Origin: Ptychomitrium polyphyllum
Lineage: Eukaryota
Assembly (NCBI GenBank): GCA_973851085.1
Contig: OZ316776.1
Span: forward strand, 10,850,001 to 10,914,000
Length of the DNA: 64,000 nucleotides
Reading direction: 5' to 3'
A model generated the notes under the pieces. That model was not told where the DNA came from and made no database searches. It saw only the letters and a program-made list of their open reading frames with translations. A program made the translations under genes and the position numbers. How positions within the stretch are numbered: position 1 is the first letter of the stretch; each line of letters opens with the position of its first letter. Positions 1 to 13,522 of this stretch are shown here, piece by piece.

Positions 1-2374
1 CCGCAAGCTGGAGGTTGTGTGCGTCCACGAAGTCTTTCCAGCCCGGACCTTGCAAGAAGCCTTGGTCGGCATTCCAGTTGACTTTCTGTGAAATTCCCTT
101 AGAGTCCAACAAGATCAATTCTGCGGTTTCCGGTGGAAGTATTTCTGCGCATCTGTGCGACAGGAACTGCAGATCCACAATGTAAGTTACATAATTTAGT
201 TGACTGAACTTCACCTTTAAGAGTATCGTGACTTTCCTCAAACCCAACCCAACATATAATTGCACCAGGAAAAAGTATAGATCAAAAAGAGGAAACTTAC
301 ACAATCGTAGGTTTTCTCGTTGAAGCCGACTCTCATCACCACAGTTGCGTGTGGGTTTGTTGTGGTAGCTGAAAGGCATCTTGCACCTTGTAAAGCCTGC
401 TGCTTCTGGTCCTCTGTAACAATTCCAGCGGAACTTACACGAGCACTTGAACTTGGGCTTGTTACATTGGGGATGTCTAGACGCTCTGATGTCGCAGGTC
501 TAGGTTCCATGTCTCTTAGTTTGATTGGGGTTTCTTCTATTATAATTACACCACACTTTGCACATTTTGTGCTGCTTTCAGAAGAATAAGACGCAGCTAT
601 TCCAAGATCGGGGTTTGTCCTTTCCAAACCAGGTTGGAAGACAGCACTAGGCTGAGGTTCCTCTACATGGCTAATCTCAAATCCTATCAGAGTAGGATTT
701 TCTGCAGTTACTTCTCTGGCAGTTTCCAGTACCTCATTAACCTCATCTTGCCGCTGAGCTGGAAAAGGAATCTTCTGACCAACAGCTTCCCCTGGTAGGT
801 CAGAGATTCCATTGAAAAGTTTCTCGGTTTCATGACCATCATCCGGAGTCACCTCATTATCGTTAGACCCCTCAACTAATGGCTCCTCAACCAGCTCTTC
901 TCCATCTCGAAAACTGCTCATAAATCCAAAACAGTAATCACCATTTAGAGATACCTGGTTCAATATGAACAAGTCCAGCTTTCATGGGTTGTCAATAAGT
1001 TACATGATTCAACTTGTTTCAATTCATCATGAACTTTCCAATACGGATAATATTAGATGCTAGAAAAATTTAGAAGGTACTCACAAACTACTAAGAATAT
1101 TTGGGCCAATCCATGAGCTCGATCAAAACGGTGTAACAGAACGGGGAGCTTACATAAGAAGTTGCATTAAGTTACTTCACAGCATTCCACGTCTTTATGT
1201 CAGAAGACTAATGTTTTTTGAATACATTACTGTCTAAGACTTCACTTACGAGGATTTGCTTCGATATGTAGCCAGACGGGTCCTGTCAGCAAAAAGAAGC
1301 CATTCTTCAGGAACCTGACACAAGGAAAAGCATGTAAATGGGTTAAATGAACACGTTATGTTCAGATTGATACAAGCGCTTAAACTTTGTGAGTGACGGA
1401 GAGTGAATTAACATACCCATGTATCATGACAATGTGAGAGAGAATACCACTTCACAAGATATTGTAGTTTTCTTTCTTTTTGATTTTTAATCTCAAAAGT
1501 GTATGGGTCTCGCCGCAACCCAATTATATTCTCCACCTTTTTGGGAGATGGCATCAATCTGGTTTGTAATTTTGCAGGTAGAACTGGACTACCCATTTCT
1601 ATTGCATGCATTTCATGCAAGCAGAGAGGACAGAACCAATCTCCGTTGGGTATAGTCTGAAGAGGGGGGTCTAAACAAAATGAGTGAAGAGCCTGTGTAC
1701 AATTTTCTCCATCACATAACAACATCTGATCAGCTGCACCTGCAAACTGCAATAATAAGCACAATATATTATCAATAACATGCAACCATACTAGCCTTAC
1801 GTGGCCACGTAGTGTCATGTGTATGAAAATAAGGCCAATGTTCTACTTCCAAACAAAAACACAGGCCACCCACGAATTCCTAACTCTCCCGGTAATACAA
1901 CCCCTAGTAACACAAAATGAAATATAACCATATCCCTGTTGACCTGTGTATGTTAAAAGTCAAAGCGGAGGTTTGGTTACATTGGACTTTGTACTAGGGG
2001 GCAAGGGCTCACTCCCTGGTGCAGTAAGGGACAATGACCCAAGACATAGGTCAATGTTAAAAACTCTTAGAAAGAGAACTGATCTTTGGCAGAAATTAAT
2101 ATCCAATACCTCACAAACTGAGCAAATTTCTTCATCATCAGATGAATCCTCTTCTTCTGGATATTTCTCCTTGTTGCTTCGACCTTTTCCGTCCTGAGAA
2201 ATGTTAGGCTTCAGGTTCTCTGGAGAAGAGCTATCATCACGCCTAACACCATTGTTCTCTTCAGTAGTCATGTCCTTCTCATCTTCGTTGCCCTCCATGG
2301 CATCATCCTTGTCGCTCTCACTTTGGGCCTTCAGTGACTCCCTAGTAACGTTACGTGAACCAGAATCGTCCGAC
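1..2374 (-). CDS. PHD finger + chromodomain + B3 DNA-binding domain protein (3' end beyond window start; start codon uncertain)
   Basis: Spliced exons ~2374-2110, 1746-1417, 1314-1250, 913-301 and 166-1 join in frame at GT-AG sites. They encode a C4HC3 PHD (CSVCE|FAGAADQMLLCDGENCTQALHSFCLDPPLQTIPNGDWFCPLC), a CHD-type chromodomain (KVENIIGLR...QYLVKWYSLSHCHDTW|VPEEWL), an acidic linker, then a B3-like segment (TTNPHATVVMR...ELILLDSKGISQKVNW...GPGWKDFVDAHNLQLA). Confidence 0.8.
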
Positions 2375-3726
2375 CTAATGAAAAACAGTTTGTTAATTGT
2401 CATCATCTATATTGGATATACACCTCCGTAAACCATGCTTCAACACATTCTGTACCTAACCTTGATACCTTGATCAACTTTCGCTCTTGAACAGCAAGTT
2501 CACTCTTTACAAGGATTGCATAATAATACCTGCTTAAGAGTCAATATTCTCAAGTCTACAATAGTTCTATTATTAATCAACACCAAAAACTAGTAGCAGT
2601 AATGGCGTCTTGAAGATCGCTGTTCAGTTGAGATGACTTGATGAGGAATCCAATAGAAAATAGGTCGGGATATAAACTCGCACCCGCTTCCTCACCTTCT
2701 TTCTTTCTTCTGGAAACCAGAATCTTCTTCCTCAGAGCTTGTTTCATAGTAAAACATCCGTCTCTTCGTTCTGCTCGACTTTCTTGTATTCTTAGACTGC
2801 ATACTACCAATTGCCGTTTGTGCACCCCAATTAATGGGATCCTGACTTCCGCGGTCCACCATGGGGTCGCGACGTTAGGCCTAAAAGCTTGCAAGAAAGT
2901 TAGAAGGTTACTTTTACGAATATAAATTCCACAGCAGATACCCTATACATGTCAGAGACTTAGAATACCATCTCCAATCACCTGTGCAAAAGCCTCCACA
3001 CCCTACCGTCGTATGTCTCGAACAAAAGGAAAAGAAATGGCCTCTATCATAAACATAAAATTACGACTAGATGATCGCCTTAGTTTAGAAGCTTGACGAT
3101 ACCAAAAGCAACAAATTAGGAGCATCATGCATACCTACTATCCTATCAACGAAGGAGGGAAACCTTGGAGATAGTCGATAACGCTCGTGAAGACGTGTCG
3201 TAGCTGCAGAAGAGTAGAAAACTCACTCTAATTCTGAATACATCGACCACCAGCACGATGAGAGGCTGCACCATCTGAGCGTATGATGCAAATGAAAACG
3301 ACAACCAATTGGTCTACAACGGCTAGTTGCGCCTCGACATGATATTCGCAAATTTCAAACACATACCTGAAGTATCGCTCGAGTTAGGGAAACACTCCCA
3401 TACATTTGTCCAGTAATCCACTGCCTTAATTCCCTAGTCCGCTACGCAGCTCGCCAGACCACTGATTTTCACCAAACTCAAATGGTCGACCAAGACAAAT
3501 ATTGTTTTGACCCTGCATACAGCTTATGCTTAATAGACTTTGGAAAGGCATTTTCGAAATCAAAGACCTTCAGCACATTGCGGACACAATAAAGGTCTAA
3601 CATCCATTCTTATCGTGCAAAATATAAGTTACCGGAAATCTGACCTCCACCTCCCACCATGGGGTCGAGACTGTGTACCTAAGCTGGCAAGCAAGGTCGG
3701 TAGTTGCTTTGAAGAACGGAATGCCG

Positions 3727-3780
3727 GCAGACTCTATGGCAGAGGACTACTCAGCAGACTCTACAGCAGAGTACTACTCA
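3727..3780. repeat. 27-bp tandem duplication
   Basis: gcagactctatggcagaggactactca followed by gcagactctacagcagagtactactca. Confidence 0.8.
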
Positions 3781-4549
3781 GACCACCAAGTTCCAACCTT
3801 TCGTCCAGCTTGAACAGCATATGTACATATGTACGCCTAGCTGCAACAAAATTGTCAACATATTCGTGGCACAGAATCCAGAGGCGGAAAAGCAGAACCT
3901 AGACGAAGCATGCATCCACTATGTGCATAGACTGTCACCCGACGAGCCCGCCGGAGCAGTGTGATGAAGAGGAACCCAAGGGTTAGTAAGAACAAGCACA
4001 GTACGTGAGGAAACTCTGGGAGACCTGCAGCGAAGCCAAATCCTCAGAGTGCCATAACGGTGCAAGTGCAGAAGCAGAACGACACCCGAGACTAGTCATT
4101 CGTTTTTTCTGTTCCATGAGCCCCGGAGCTCGGTCCAGCCTGCCATCGTGGCCTCATGCAGGAGTTGATGTCGACCCCAAACAACCCGAAAACAAATACA
4201 CGGTCTGCATAGCCCAAGGCGTCACTGCACCCCAAACCGCGTTGCCTACTGTACGACGTCATTGTGATCCCATAATTATAGTAGCAGCGTGCAAGTGTAC
4301 AAAGGCCGTAGATATTGTCGGTTTTGGGTATACATCCCTTACGCCCTCGTTTCCATTTTCATTTCTTTCCTCTTAGTTTTTCTTTTCTTTTCTTGCGGAC
4401 CTTTTGTGTCGACCATCGGTAGGGTTTGCCTTTTACAGCTTTCGAAACTTTAAGCCGACCTTCGTTCATAACACAGCTTCCAAAAATAACAATGAGGGTT
4501 TTATTTGAGCCAATGAAGGATTACTGTCCTTCTGTTATCCAAAATGTTG

Positions 4550-7300
4550 TTGGGATATTATAGGTTTTGTAAAAAATATTGTTAAGCATTTTAGGTAGAA
4601 TGATTGAAGGAAATTTATGTAGATGATTATTTTAATTTTTTTCTGCAATAGAAATTTAGAAGCATGATTACCAAGTTTACAATTCACTTGAATATGATAT
4701 TTGCTCCTTATTTCTAAAGATGTAAAATTTAAGAAAATATCTAGAAAGAAACTATCATCAAAATTTTAATATTTTTTATTTTGAACCATAAACCTATCAT
4801 TGCATGCCAATTCTTTTTAAATTGCCAAATTAAGGTTACTATTCACATTCATTGTCATTCTTAGGATTCTTTGTTTTTTGATACATTGTATATTCTTCTA
4901 TTTAGATATTAGATTTTGTCAACTTTGTTATCATTCATATAATTTTGTACTTCAAAATCTCACTACCTTCAACAATTGAATAACAATGTTTCAAGTTTCA
5001 TGCACATTCAAGGTCTTATAATGAAATGATACAAAATTTTCCGTAAAATATATTATCATTCATATACTTTTGATTTTTAAAATTTTGATATTTTTAAAAG
5101 TAGAAGAAGAATGTTTCAAGTTTTTAGTGTCAAATATTTGTATTTTAGTATCTACTATCTAATATTGAATGTTTAGTACAAGCTCTAAAAATACCACTTT
5201 GTACTTTTTTTAATTTAGTTTTTATTTAAAAAATGCTATTATTCAATTGTATCTTATGCTACTAGAATCATTTATAATGTTGTTGCTTTCGGAAATCTAA
5301 CTAGAATTAATGGATTTATCAAGAAATACAAAAACATCATGAGCACATTTTATGTCCAAATTTAAATTAAAAATGGTTGTTAATTTACATAATTCTTTTA
5401 ATGTTTAAATGCATTATAGCTTATTCTAATTGAATAACATACTATATTCATAGAATACGAATATTTTTATTTATTTACTTATTCTACTTAACAAAATAAC
5501 TAAGAAAAACATTTAAAGTTATAGATTTTATTTGCAAATATTTATTACAAATTTCTTCCAATAATGTTCTATACATGCATAATCCTTAGTTCCTAAATGC
5601 ATAAGAAATACAAGCTAAAACCAAGATGTATTATAATATGTATTTTTTTTAAAGTTTTATGTAATTTGGCTCAAAAATAAAACAAAAATATGATGTTTAA
5701 AGATTATGTATACATCAGATTTTCAAAAACAAATTTAAGTATTTGTTTATAAAGTTTAAAATATTTTAATGCATTTAAATTACAAAAATCGAAATTTCAT
5801 TTTTAAAACATGAGGTTTTGTATATTTAAACATAATATAAAATAAAAGAATAAAACTATAGTAGCAAGAATATGACTACTTTCTTTAAATATGATTTTCT
5901 TAATAAAGATAATATAGAAGTATTCTACTATAAAAAAACTTAAATCAAAATTTTAATTAGATTTAAACAATTCATTAATTGAGTTGCAAAGTCAATTTAA
6001 TTTTTTTAGAATAAGATTTTTAGTAGATTAAAAGATATTAAGTTTATTCTTAATAATTCATAAATAATGGCAACAACCAAAAAAATGGCTCATTAGTTGT
6101 TTAGAATTGAAGTGCTTAATAAAATGGCTTTGAATCCATGTGACTTTTTGTCCATGAAGAAGGAAATTTGTCCATCGACAAGACATAATATTACTATTAT
6201 GTCTTGTTCTTTCTACATCAAATCTCCAAGCATAAATCTTTATTGTTCAAGCACTTCTAACTGTAAAATTCCTAAATTTGTTTGTTTCCATCATTTTCTA
6301 CTTTATGGAATTTTTTGTGTCATTTCATTTATAAAACCTTATATGTGCATGAAACTTGAAACATTGTTATTCAGTTGTTGAAAGTATTGAGATTCTAAAG
6401 TACAAAATCATATGAATGATAATGAAGTCAACAAAATTTGGTTTTTAGATTAAAAAATGAATAACGTATACAAAATTAAAGAATCTTGAGAATGATAGTG
6501 AATTTGGATAAGTGCCTTGATTTTGCAATTTAAAAAGAATTGGCAAATAATGATGCTTATGCTTGAAAATATAAAATATTAACATTTCATATATAATTTC
6601 TTTAAGATATATTTTTAATTTTATATTCTTTACTTTCAAATTATGGTAAAGTTATGATTTTTTCATAATACATAAGTATTTATTGACTTAGTTCTAATTT
6701 GCAAAAAATGATAGTCATATGTGCTACATTTTGTAATCATATTTGTCCATATTAAAGAATTTTTAAGAATTTAGCAATAAATAATCATGAATTTAAAAAA
6801 AATTATTTAACTTATATATTCTATTAGTGTATATGTTGTATTAATAGTGAATCATATGATAGCAGGTATAAATTTTTTAAGAATTATATTTAATGATTTA
6901 TTAAATTGGCTTCAATTATCATTTGAAATCACTCCAAAAATGTATTAATTTAAATCAATGAATTTCTTGGATTTATTTCATCAACTATGAAATTAGATGT
7001 AATAACTTATTGAATCATACTCACTAACATATTAGAGGAAATTTATGAATTTATGCTATAAAATCCAATAATTTATTAGATTGTGTTCTAAATTCTAATA
7101 TATAATTAAACAAACGAATTTGGTGCATGTAGACTTTGCAAAATATGAATTTTGAGCAATACCATTAAACCTTGCACGCACCAAAAAGCACAAATGTATA
7201 GAACACGTGCATAAAATTTCTTTTCATTCACTTTATCATTTCTATTTATAAAAGGCATTTGGAATCTAGCTTTCCATCTAAAGGTCTTTTTAAATGACAA
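4550..7300 (-). mobile_element. AT-rich, highly decayed transposon, possibly a Helitron Rep/PIF1-helicase relic
   Basis: No long ORFs and near absence of CpG. Minus-strand remnant 'IFKHKHHYL..FKLQNQGT' (~6520-6570) resembles the Helitron Rep EFQxRG motif. Weaker helicase-like remnants lie near 5300 and 4650. Confidence 0.3.
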
Positions 7301-7670
7301 TATTAATTATTAAAAAGATTTATTTGGTAGCAATATAGCTAAAAGTAGCCTAAAAAACGAATCTTGATACCCTACAAGTTCTAAGTATGCAAAGACTATC
7401 TCATAGATGGCATGAATCAATCAAAGAAAGATTTGACAAAGGAATGATACCTTTCAAGAGAAGGTGTTTGAAGAATATCATGAGCGCCAAACCTGTGATT
7501 TCGGTTATAACTTAACTGCAAAAATATTTGTATGGCTTTCCTTCTCACTAATGCAGACAAAGTTCAAGTTTAAGGCAAAAGTCCAAGTTCAAGTTTAAGG
7601 CCAAGGCAAAGCTCAAGTCCTAGTGTGGGTTACGATACACGTCATTGATTCACAATACACCTGAAAAGTA

Positions 7671-7724
7671 CACCACTTACTACCACTTACTACCATTTAC
7701 TACCATTTACTACCATTTACTACC
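7671..7724. repeat. 10-bp minisatellite (TACCAYTTAC)x~5 abutting the receptor kinase stop codon
   Basis: caccacttac taccacttac taccatttac taccatttac taccatttac tacc. Confidence 0.9.
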
Positions 7725-10700
7725 TACCTAGGTGCTGGATAGCTTGTGGGGGCATGTTGCGGACCCGAAGAGTAGTCCGAAGATCCAGAAGGCAACAGAG
7801 GTTGCAGATTGCCTTCCATTGCCACGGCACCGAGTAGCTCTTGCACTACTTCACTCATTGGAGGCCTGTGGATACCCTGGGGCTCTACACTTCGCATGGC
7901 AACTTCAGCAACTTTCCATACCGCTTCAATATTCGGATTGGAAGCTTTCACTGCAGGATCCAGAATTGAGTCGATGTCGTTGTTTCGGAGGCCGTCCCGA
8001 ACCTGGAAAATGGAAGCACATCAGAATGAATATGTAATGCAAACGTAACGTCCATTGTTCCCCCATTGTTCAGTAGCCTAACGAGGTGGGAAAGGTTGTG
8101 CATAATAAGGAGAAGCAGCTGACCCAATTAGAAATATTCCGATGGTTTTCCATCGCTGCTGAATGATCAATAGGCAGACGTCCAGTGAGCAGTTCCAAGA
8201 GAACAACGCCAAAGCTGAACACATCACTTTTGGAAGATGCTTGCTGAGTTGAGTAGTACCTACATAGAACATAATAATGGGTAAGTATCCCACAGCCTTG
8301 ACGACAGGGGCAGGCTCACATGCGCATGTCCATTGTCCACTGTCCACTTTTCCTATAAAACAGAAAATTCATAAGCATCAGGCTAGAGGTTGAGGATAAG
8401 AAAGCAGGTTAATCTCTTACTCTGGATCAAGGTAGCCTGCAGTGCCCATGACCAAAGTCACTACTCTTGTTCCTTCCGCTTCGCCCATTAACCGAGTCAT
8501 TCCGAAATCGGCCACTTTGGCATCGTACTTAGGGTTGAGGAGTATGTTGCTACTTTTAACATCCCGGTGAATGAAACTTGGACTACACCCTGTATGCAGA
8601 TACTCTAAGCCTGCAAAGATATCACCCATTCATCTGAATGAGATCACGTCTAGCAACCTGTACACTGAGAACAAATTGTCGACGTAATCCTTGTACTGCA
8701 TCGAGGTAAAACTTCGCACAATATAGAGGGTCTTATGTAGATCCTCGAGATATGAACATGGATGAAGACCAAATAAACTTCACATTACCTTGTGCTGCGT
8801 TGAGAGCAATATGAAGGCGCATCTTCCAATCAAGCGTGCCAACAGCACTTACTGATTTTTCTGTTTATCGTTAGATGCAGTTGTCAAGGGCGTCATTGAA
8901 TGCTTGGAAAACAGTGCATTTGCAGGTTGCAATTCACCCTGAGCGGCCATTAAAACCCCAGCCATACCTACAAGATTACAATTCAATTTGTATCTAGATT
9001 CATGTCAAAGTCTCATACGAGAGAAATGAAACCTACCATGTAAATGATCGAATACGGAACCCTTGTGCATGTACTCGTACATAAGTATTTGCTGGAGCTG
9101 TTCTTGACAGTACCCCACCAAGGCTACCAGATTCTTGTGGTGCACTCTCGATAAAACTTCAACCTAGAACATCCAAGGTTCAACTTCAACTTCAGACGTT
9201 GCGCTTCAAAAGAACGGATGAAAGGCATGCTGAACACAATCCTAATCTTCGAAATCCAAAATCTTAAATTTAGAAATCCTAAAATCTGGTTCAAAAAGTG
9301 ACACGCAATTGATCGCCGAGTGAGCTACAAACCTCATTGAAGAACTCCTTTTCTCCTTGCTGTGACGATCCATCAGCAACCTTGACTGCCACTTCTTGTC
9401 CATCAGGAAGCTTTCCATAATAAACAGGTCCAAATCCTCCTTTTCCGAGTTGTTTCTTGAAGTTTTTAGTTGCAGCAATGACTTCCGCAAGTGTGTAAGC
9501 TTTTGCTCCACCCATGGGGCCAATTCCTGTTGATACACGGAACTAGATTAGTTAAAGGCTCATTTCCATACGGTGGTAAGAGTAATAGTATTAACTGAGC
9601 TTTAGGAGAGTCGACTCTAATTGAAAATCTAAATTCACTCCAAACACTCTTGCGAAAACACCACTTTTACCACCACGTGATAGTGGACACATAGTGGAAA
9701 TTATGTCGTTCTTAATTAATAGTCAAGCAGCAAAAAACAATTTAATTTAAAGAAATAATGCTGAAAGCAATACATACGCTTGATTCTCGACTCCAGATCG
9801 TCATTAGAGTTAGGTTTGCTTTTGCGTTGGCATCGGTGGAATGCGAAAAACGCTATTACAGAAATCAGTATGAGTCCCAAAATACCGCCAATGCTAGCAC
9901 CAGCAATGACTGCAATATTTGGTCTGCCGCAATTAGAACCACAAACGGGTGGTCGCGGGCCTCCTCCATTCAAGAAAGGATTTCCAGGATAATACCTGTC
10001 AAATGGATAAGCACCCTAAAGGTCAAGAATGTAATATTAAACACATCGATGTGGGAAAACATCATTATGATTAGAGTTTTATTTGACCTAAACCATTTTG
10101 CTTCAGAGAATAAAATTGAAAGCACAAAACATCAGCTTCAAAAAACTATGCTCAGTATTTTCTTGGATCACCTTAGATAATATACATCTTGATTTCTGCT
10201 GCTGAAATTATAGTTTTTGACACGCTAATATGTAAACTGCCACACGAGTCGTTTGTTGCCCGTGTGGTTTGATCAAAATTTACAAGGATACCCTGCTAGC
10301 AATACTGATTAGAAACTTACGTGAACACGAGAGAATTGTTAGGAGATAGAAGCGCAGCTGGAATAGTACCACTGAAGTTGTTATTCTGGATTGACCTGCA
10401 ATGGTTTCATGCAGCTCTTGGTGAAAACCACCTTTTTCTAAGCAGAAACTTGTAAATGAAAATAAAAACGAAACTAATCAAGCATCTGCCATCTGAAATG
10501 GTGAACATTGTGCTGAAGAATTTCATCCACATGTGGAAGGTTACTTACAAACTTCTCAGGTTCTTTAAAGATGTCAACCAATTCGGTAGCAAGCCACTTA
10601 AGTTGTTGTTCTCCAAGCGCCTGATGTACAGTAACATCCAACACATAAAATGCTAACACGTAATTGGCAACTGAATACGCATTCAATTCATTCGATGTCT

Positions 10701-13522
10701 GTATTTCAACATCTCCTTCCAAATGTTGAGAAATTAGACGCGAAGACATCCCCATGTCTAGGCTCGATTACTTGGTGAGACTTGTGGTGCAAGTGGAACT
10801 CATACAACTTCGAACACATTACTAGGAAGTAGCAATATAGGTATGAGTCCAATTCTAAGGTTTGGACAACTTACAAGCTGGTAAGAGCCGAGAGATTGGC
10901 AAAACTGGAAGGAAGAGTACCTTCCAGACCATATCCGCTTAGATCCCTGCACACCCTCGGACACATGCACTAAACTTTCACAAAAATTCAAACAGTATAC
11001 GGAGCACGATCCACGGTGTACATCCTCCCAACAATTCAGAAACAAGAACTCCTCAAGGAATTTGAGATTGCTATGTAGAAATTCAGCTCCACTGACCTTG
11101 CAAAGAATCAAAAGCACCTGACGATTTCATATGTCAAGTGACGTTCCCTTTGCTTAGACCCTTTAGTAATCACGCTATTTCTGAACTTTCGTTAGTCTTC
11201 GATTAATAACTTTTTCAGTGAAACATCCACAAGCAAAAGTCTGTAAAGTACTTACACAGTAGCAATCTGAGGCTGTGGCGTTGTCGAACCAAAGCTGCAA
11301 GTTATCCAGGAATGTGGGAAGGGGAGACATGGATCACCAGTCCATTCGGTAAGATTCAGGCTCAACTTTATTGCTTCAATCGCAAGTGCTGCCAAATGTT
11401 TTCATTACATTAACTTTTGGATACTGGTAAAGGACTAAACATCACAAGCTCTTCAGCGATGATTGCCTGAACCTTAGTAGAGAGTGGAATATAAGGTCCA
11501 AATAAGATCTTACGGACATCCTGAAATAGAGCCTGTGAAGTTGCTGGACGAACCCAAAATACATGTAGATTCGGGACACATGCTGTAGTATCAAAATAAT
11601 AACCTGTCACCTTATAGGGCCTTGCAGCACGTGTAGCAACACCATGATCTGAACGTTACGACGTCTATTAGAAATTGCTGACATTCAGAATGCAAAACAA
11701 CTCACCATCTCGATCAATCGTTTTCGATGCTCTAGGTGCTGATCTTCCAAAAACCTCCATGGCATTCAGGATAGGACCCCTATATGAAGTAACCGCACGA
11801 GTCATGGTTATTGTGGAATTCCGACCAGTAGTTCCATCGCCCAGCCAAAAGTTCCAACCACCAAGATCAAGGAATTTTCCGGACAGGTTGGTGTTGGTCG
11901 AGACTCCACCTTGCACTAGTATACTGAATTTTCGTGGGGTCGGGGTTCCAGAAGAGACGAGCTCCGCGTAGTACACCGACACATACACAGAGTACCCATC
12001 ACCAATATCTGGCGGTATTAAGTAGGATGTAATACTGCCGAAGGAGGTGACAGCAGTTTGCATCACAGCCGACGGTGGCCAGTACTCTAAACCGACTAAA
12101 CTTGATATAGTTGTATTTGTTGATAGAAATTCAACCGTTGAAGTTGTGGGTGTTAAATAATACGCATTAGTATTTTCAGGAAACCAAAGTCGATCATAGA
12201 CATCAGTAGGAAAACTGCCATCACCAGAAAGCACAATTTCAGCGAGTATCGAGCAAATAATAGAAGTTACGACATATAGAGGCCAAATGTATAACTGCAA
12301 CCTAGGAATGTCAAATAGTCTAAGCTACGCATTTGCTAAGGTTAGAGATTCAAACTTCAAAGTGTTTGCAGGATTGAACAGAATATAACTGCATACCGTA
12401 TCATTTCCGAACCTCCATAATTCACCCGTGAGAGTGTCGACATGATAACCCCTTGTTGGAGGTACTCGTTGAATTTTTTGTTGAATCCGTTTATTAAGAG
12501 ACCCACAGGTTTCAGAGTGATCCCTGAGATGAAAGGCGTGGATTGTGGAGAAGTTCTAATCAGGCACAAAAGGGTTACGTTACCCTGGGACACATACTGG
12601 AACTCGGCATATGTTCCAGCAGTAGCACGAGTTGTAATATTACCAACATTGGTGGCATCAATTGCCAACTGAAATGATGAAGGCTTTCCAGCATTATCAT
12701 AGTTGCCATAGTAGAAGGTCGTCCTCAGCATGTAAACGACGTTGGCAAACACTGGCAAGGTGTAACAATACTTGGTTTGAAGATCGCCGGGGCGAAAGTT
12801 ATCGAAGTATCTAAGGCTTTCCATCTCGGTAAAACTCTGTAAAGACGCCTGAAGAGGCAGATTTGTCTTGCTTTTGCCTGTGGTAATATATGGATCATCT
12901 GGAACCCAATTTAGTCCTGTGCCTGGGTCGACATACTTTTCGGTGGCACCACAGTCAACGTTTAGAAAACCTGTCGATGGAAACATAGATAAATAAACAG
13001 CGTAGTGAATGTTTCATATGGTATAAGGCCTTGAGCACAGAGTAACGTAAGCAGTCCATACGATGAGAACCACAAGATTTGGTTCCTCTCCTGATGATTG
13101 ATTCATTCAACGTCGTCTTACTTGACTCTGAACTGACATTGCGAACTTCAGTAGACACTATTGCAAGCGCACAACTCAAGCGCACAACTGAGCGATCTAA
13201 TATACGACAGATTGATAAAAAAATTAGAAGAGATTCTTGAATTCGACCTCTATATTGAATCGTATTACAAACACACCTTCCGGTTTATATCAACCGGAAA
13301 CTTGAGAGGTAAAATCATTTTCTGTGCTGATCTACGAAAACCCAAATGACTACTAGACATTTTGAAGTGGTGTAACAATTATGTGCAATCAGTAAATGTC
13401 GTTGTGGTCAAGTACTAACCTGCTTGAGACTGAGCTAATGTCGCTGGAACTCCACAACTGCAAAGAATAATCACGGCAAGCACCCTGCCCAACGTGAATC
13501 CAAAGACCAAATACCGCTCCAT
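7724..13522 (-). CDS. Malectin-like domain LRR receptor-like Ser/Thr kinase (LRR-I / SYMRK-homologous type), ~14 exons
   Basis: Signal peptide exon from ATG 13522 ([24 protein letters not shown]). Malectin-like exons ([51 protein letters not shown]). WTGDPCLP at ~11330. Three LRR exons (~10900, ~10580, ~10350). TM segment [26 protein letters not shown]. Kinase motifs [48 protein letters not shown]. Stop at 7724. Confidence 0.93.

Noticed and set aside
6178..6207. 13-bp perfect inverted repeat as a Helitron 3' hairpin
   Set aside because: AT-rich, internal to the block and not followed by a CTRR end.
7671..7724. Short direct repeats as a CRISPR-like array
   Set aside because: Head-to-tail repeats with no spacers, in a eukaryotic 3' UTR.
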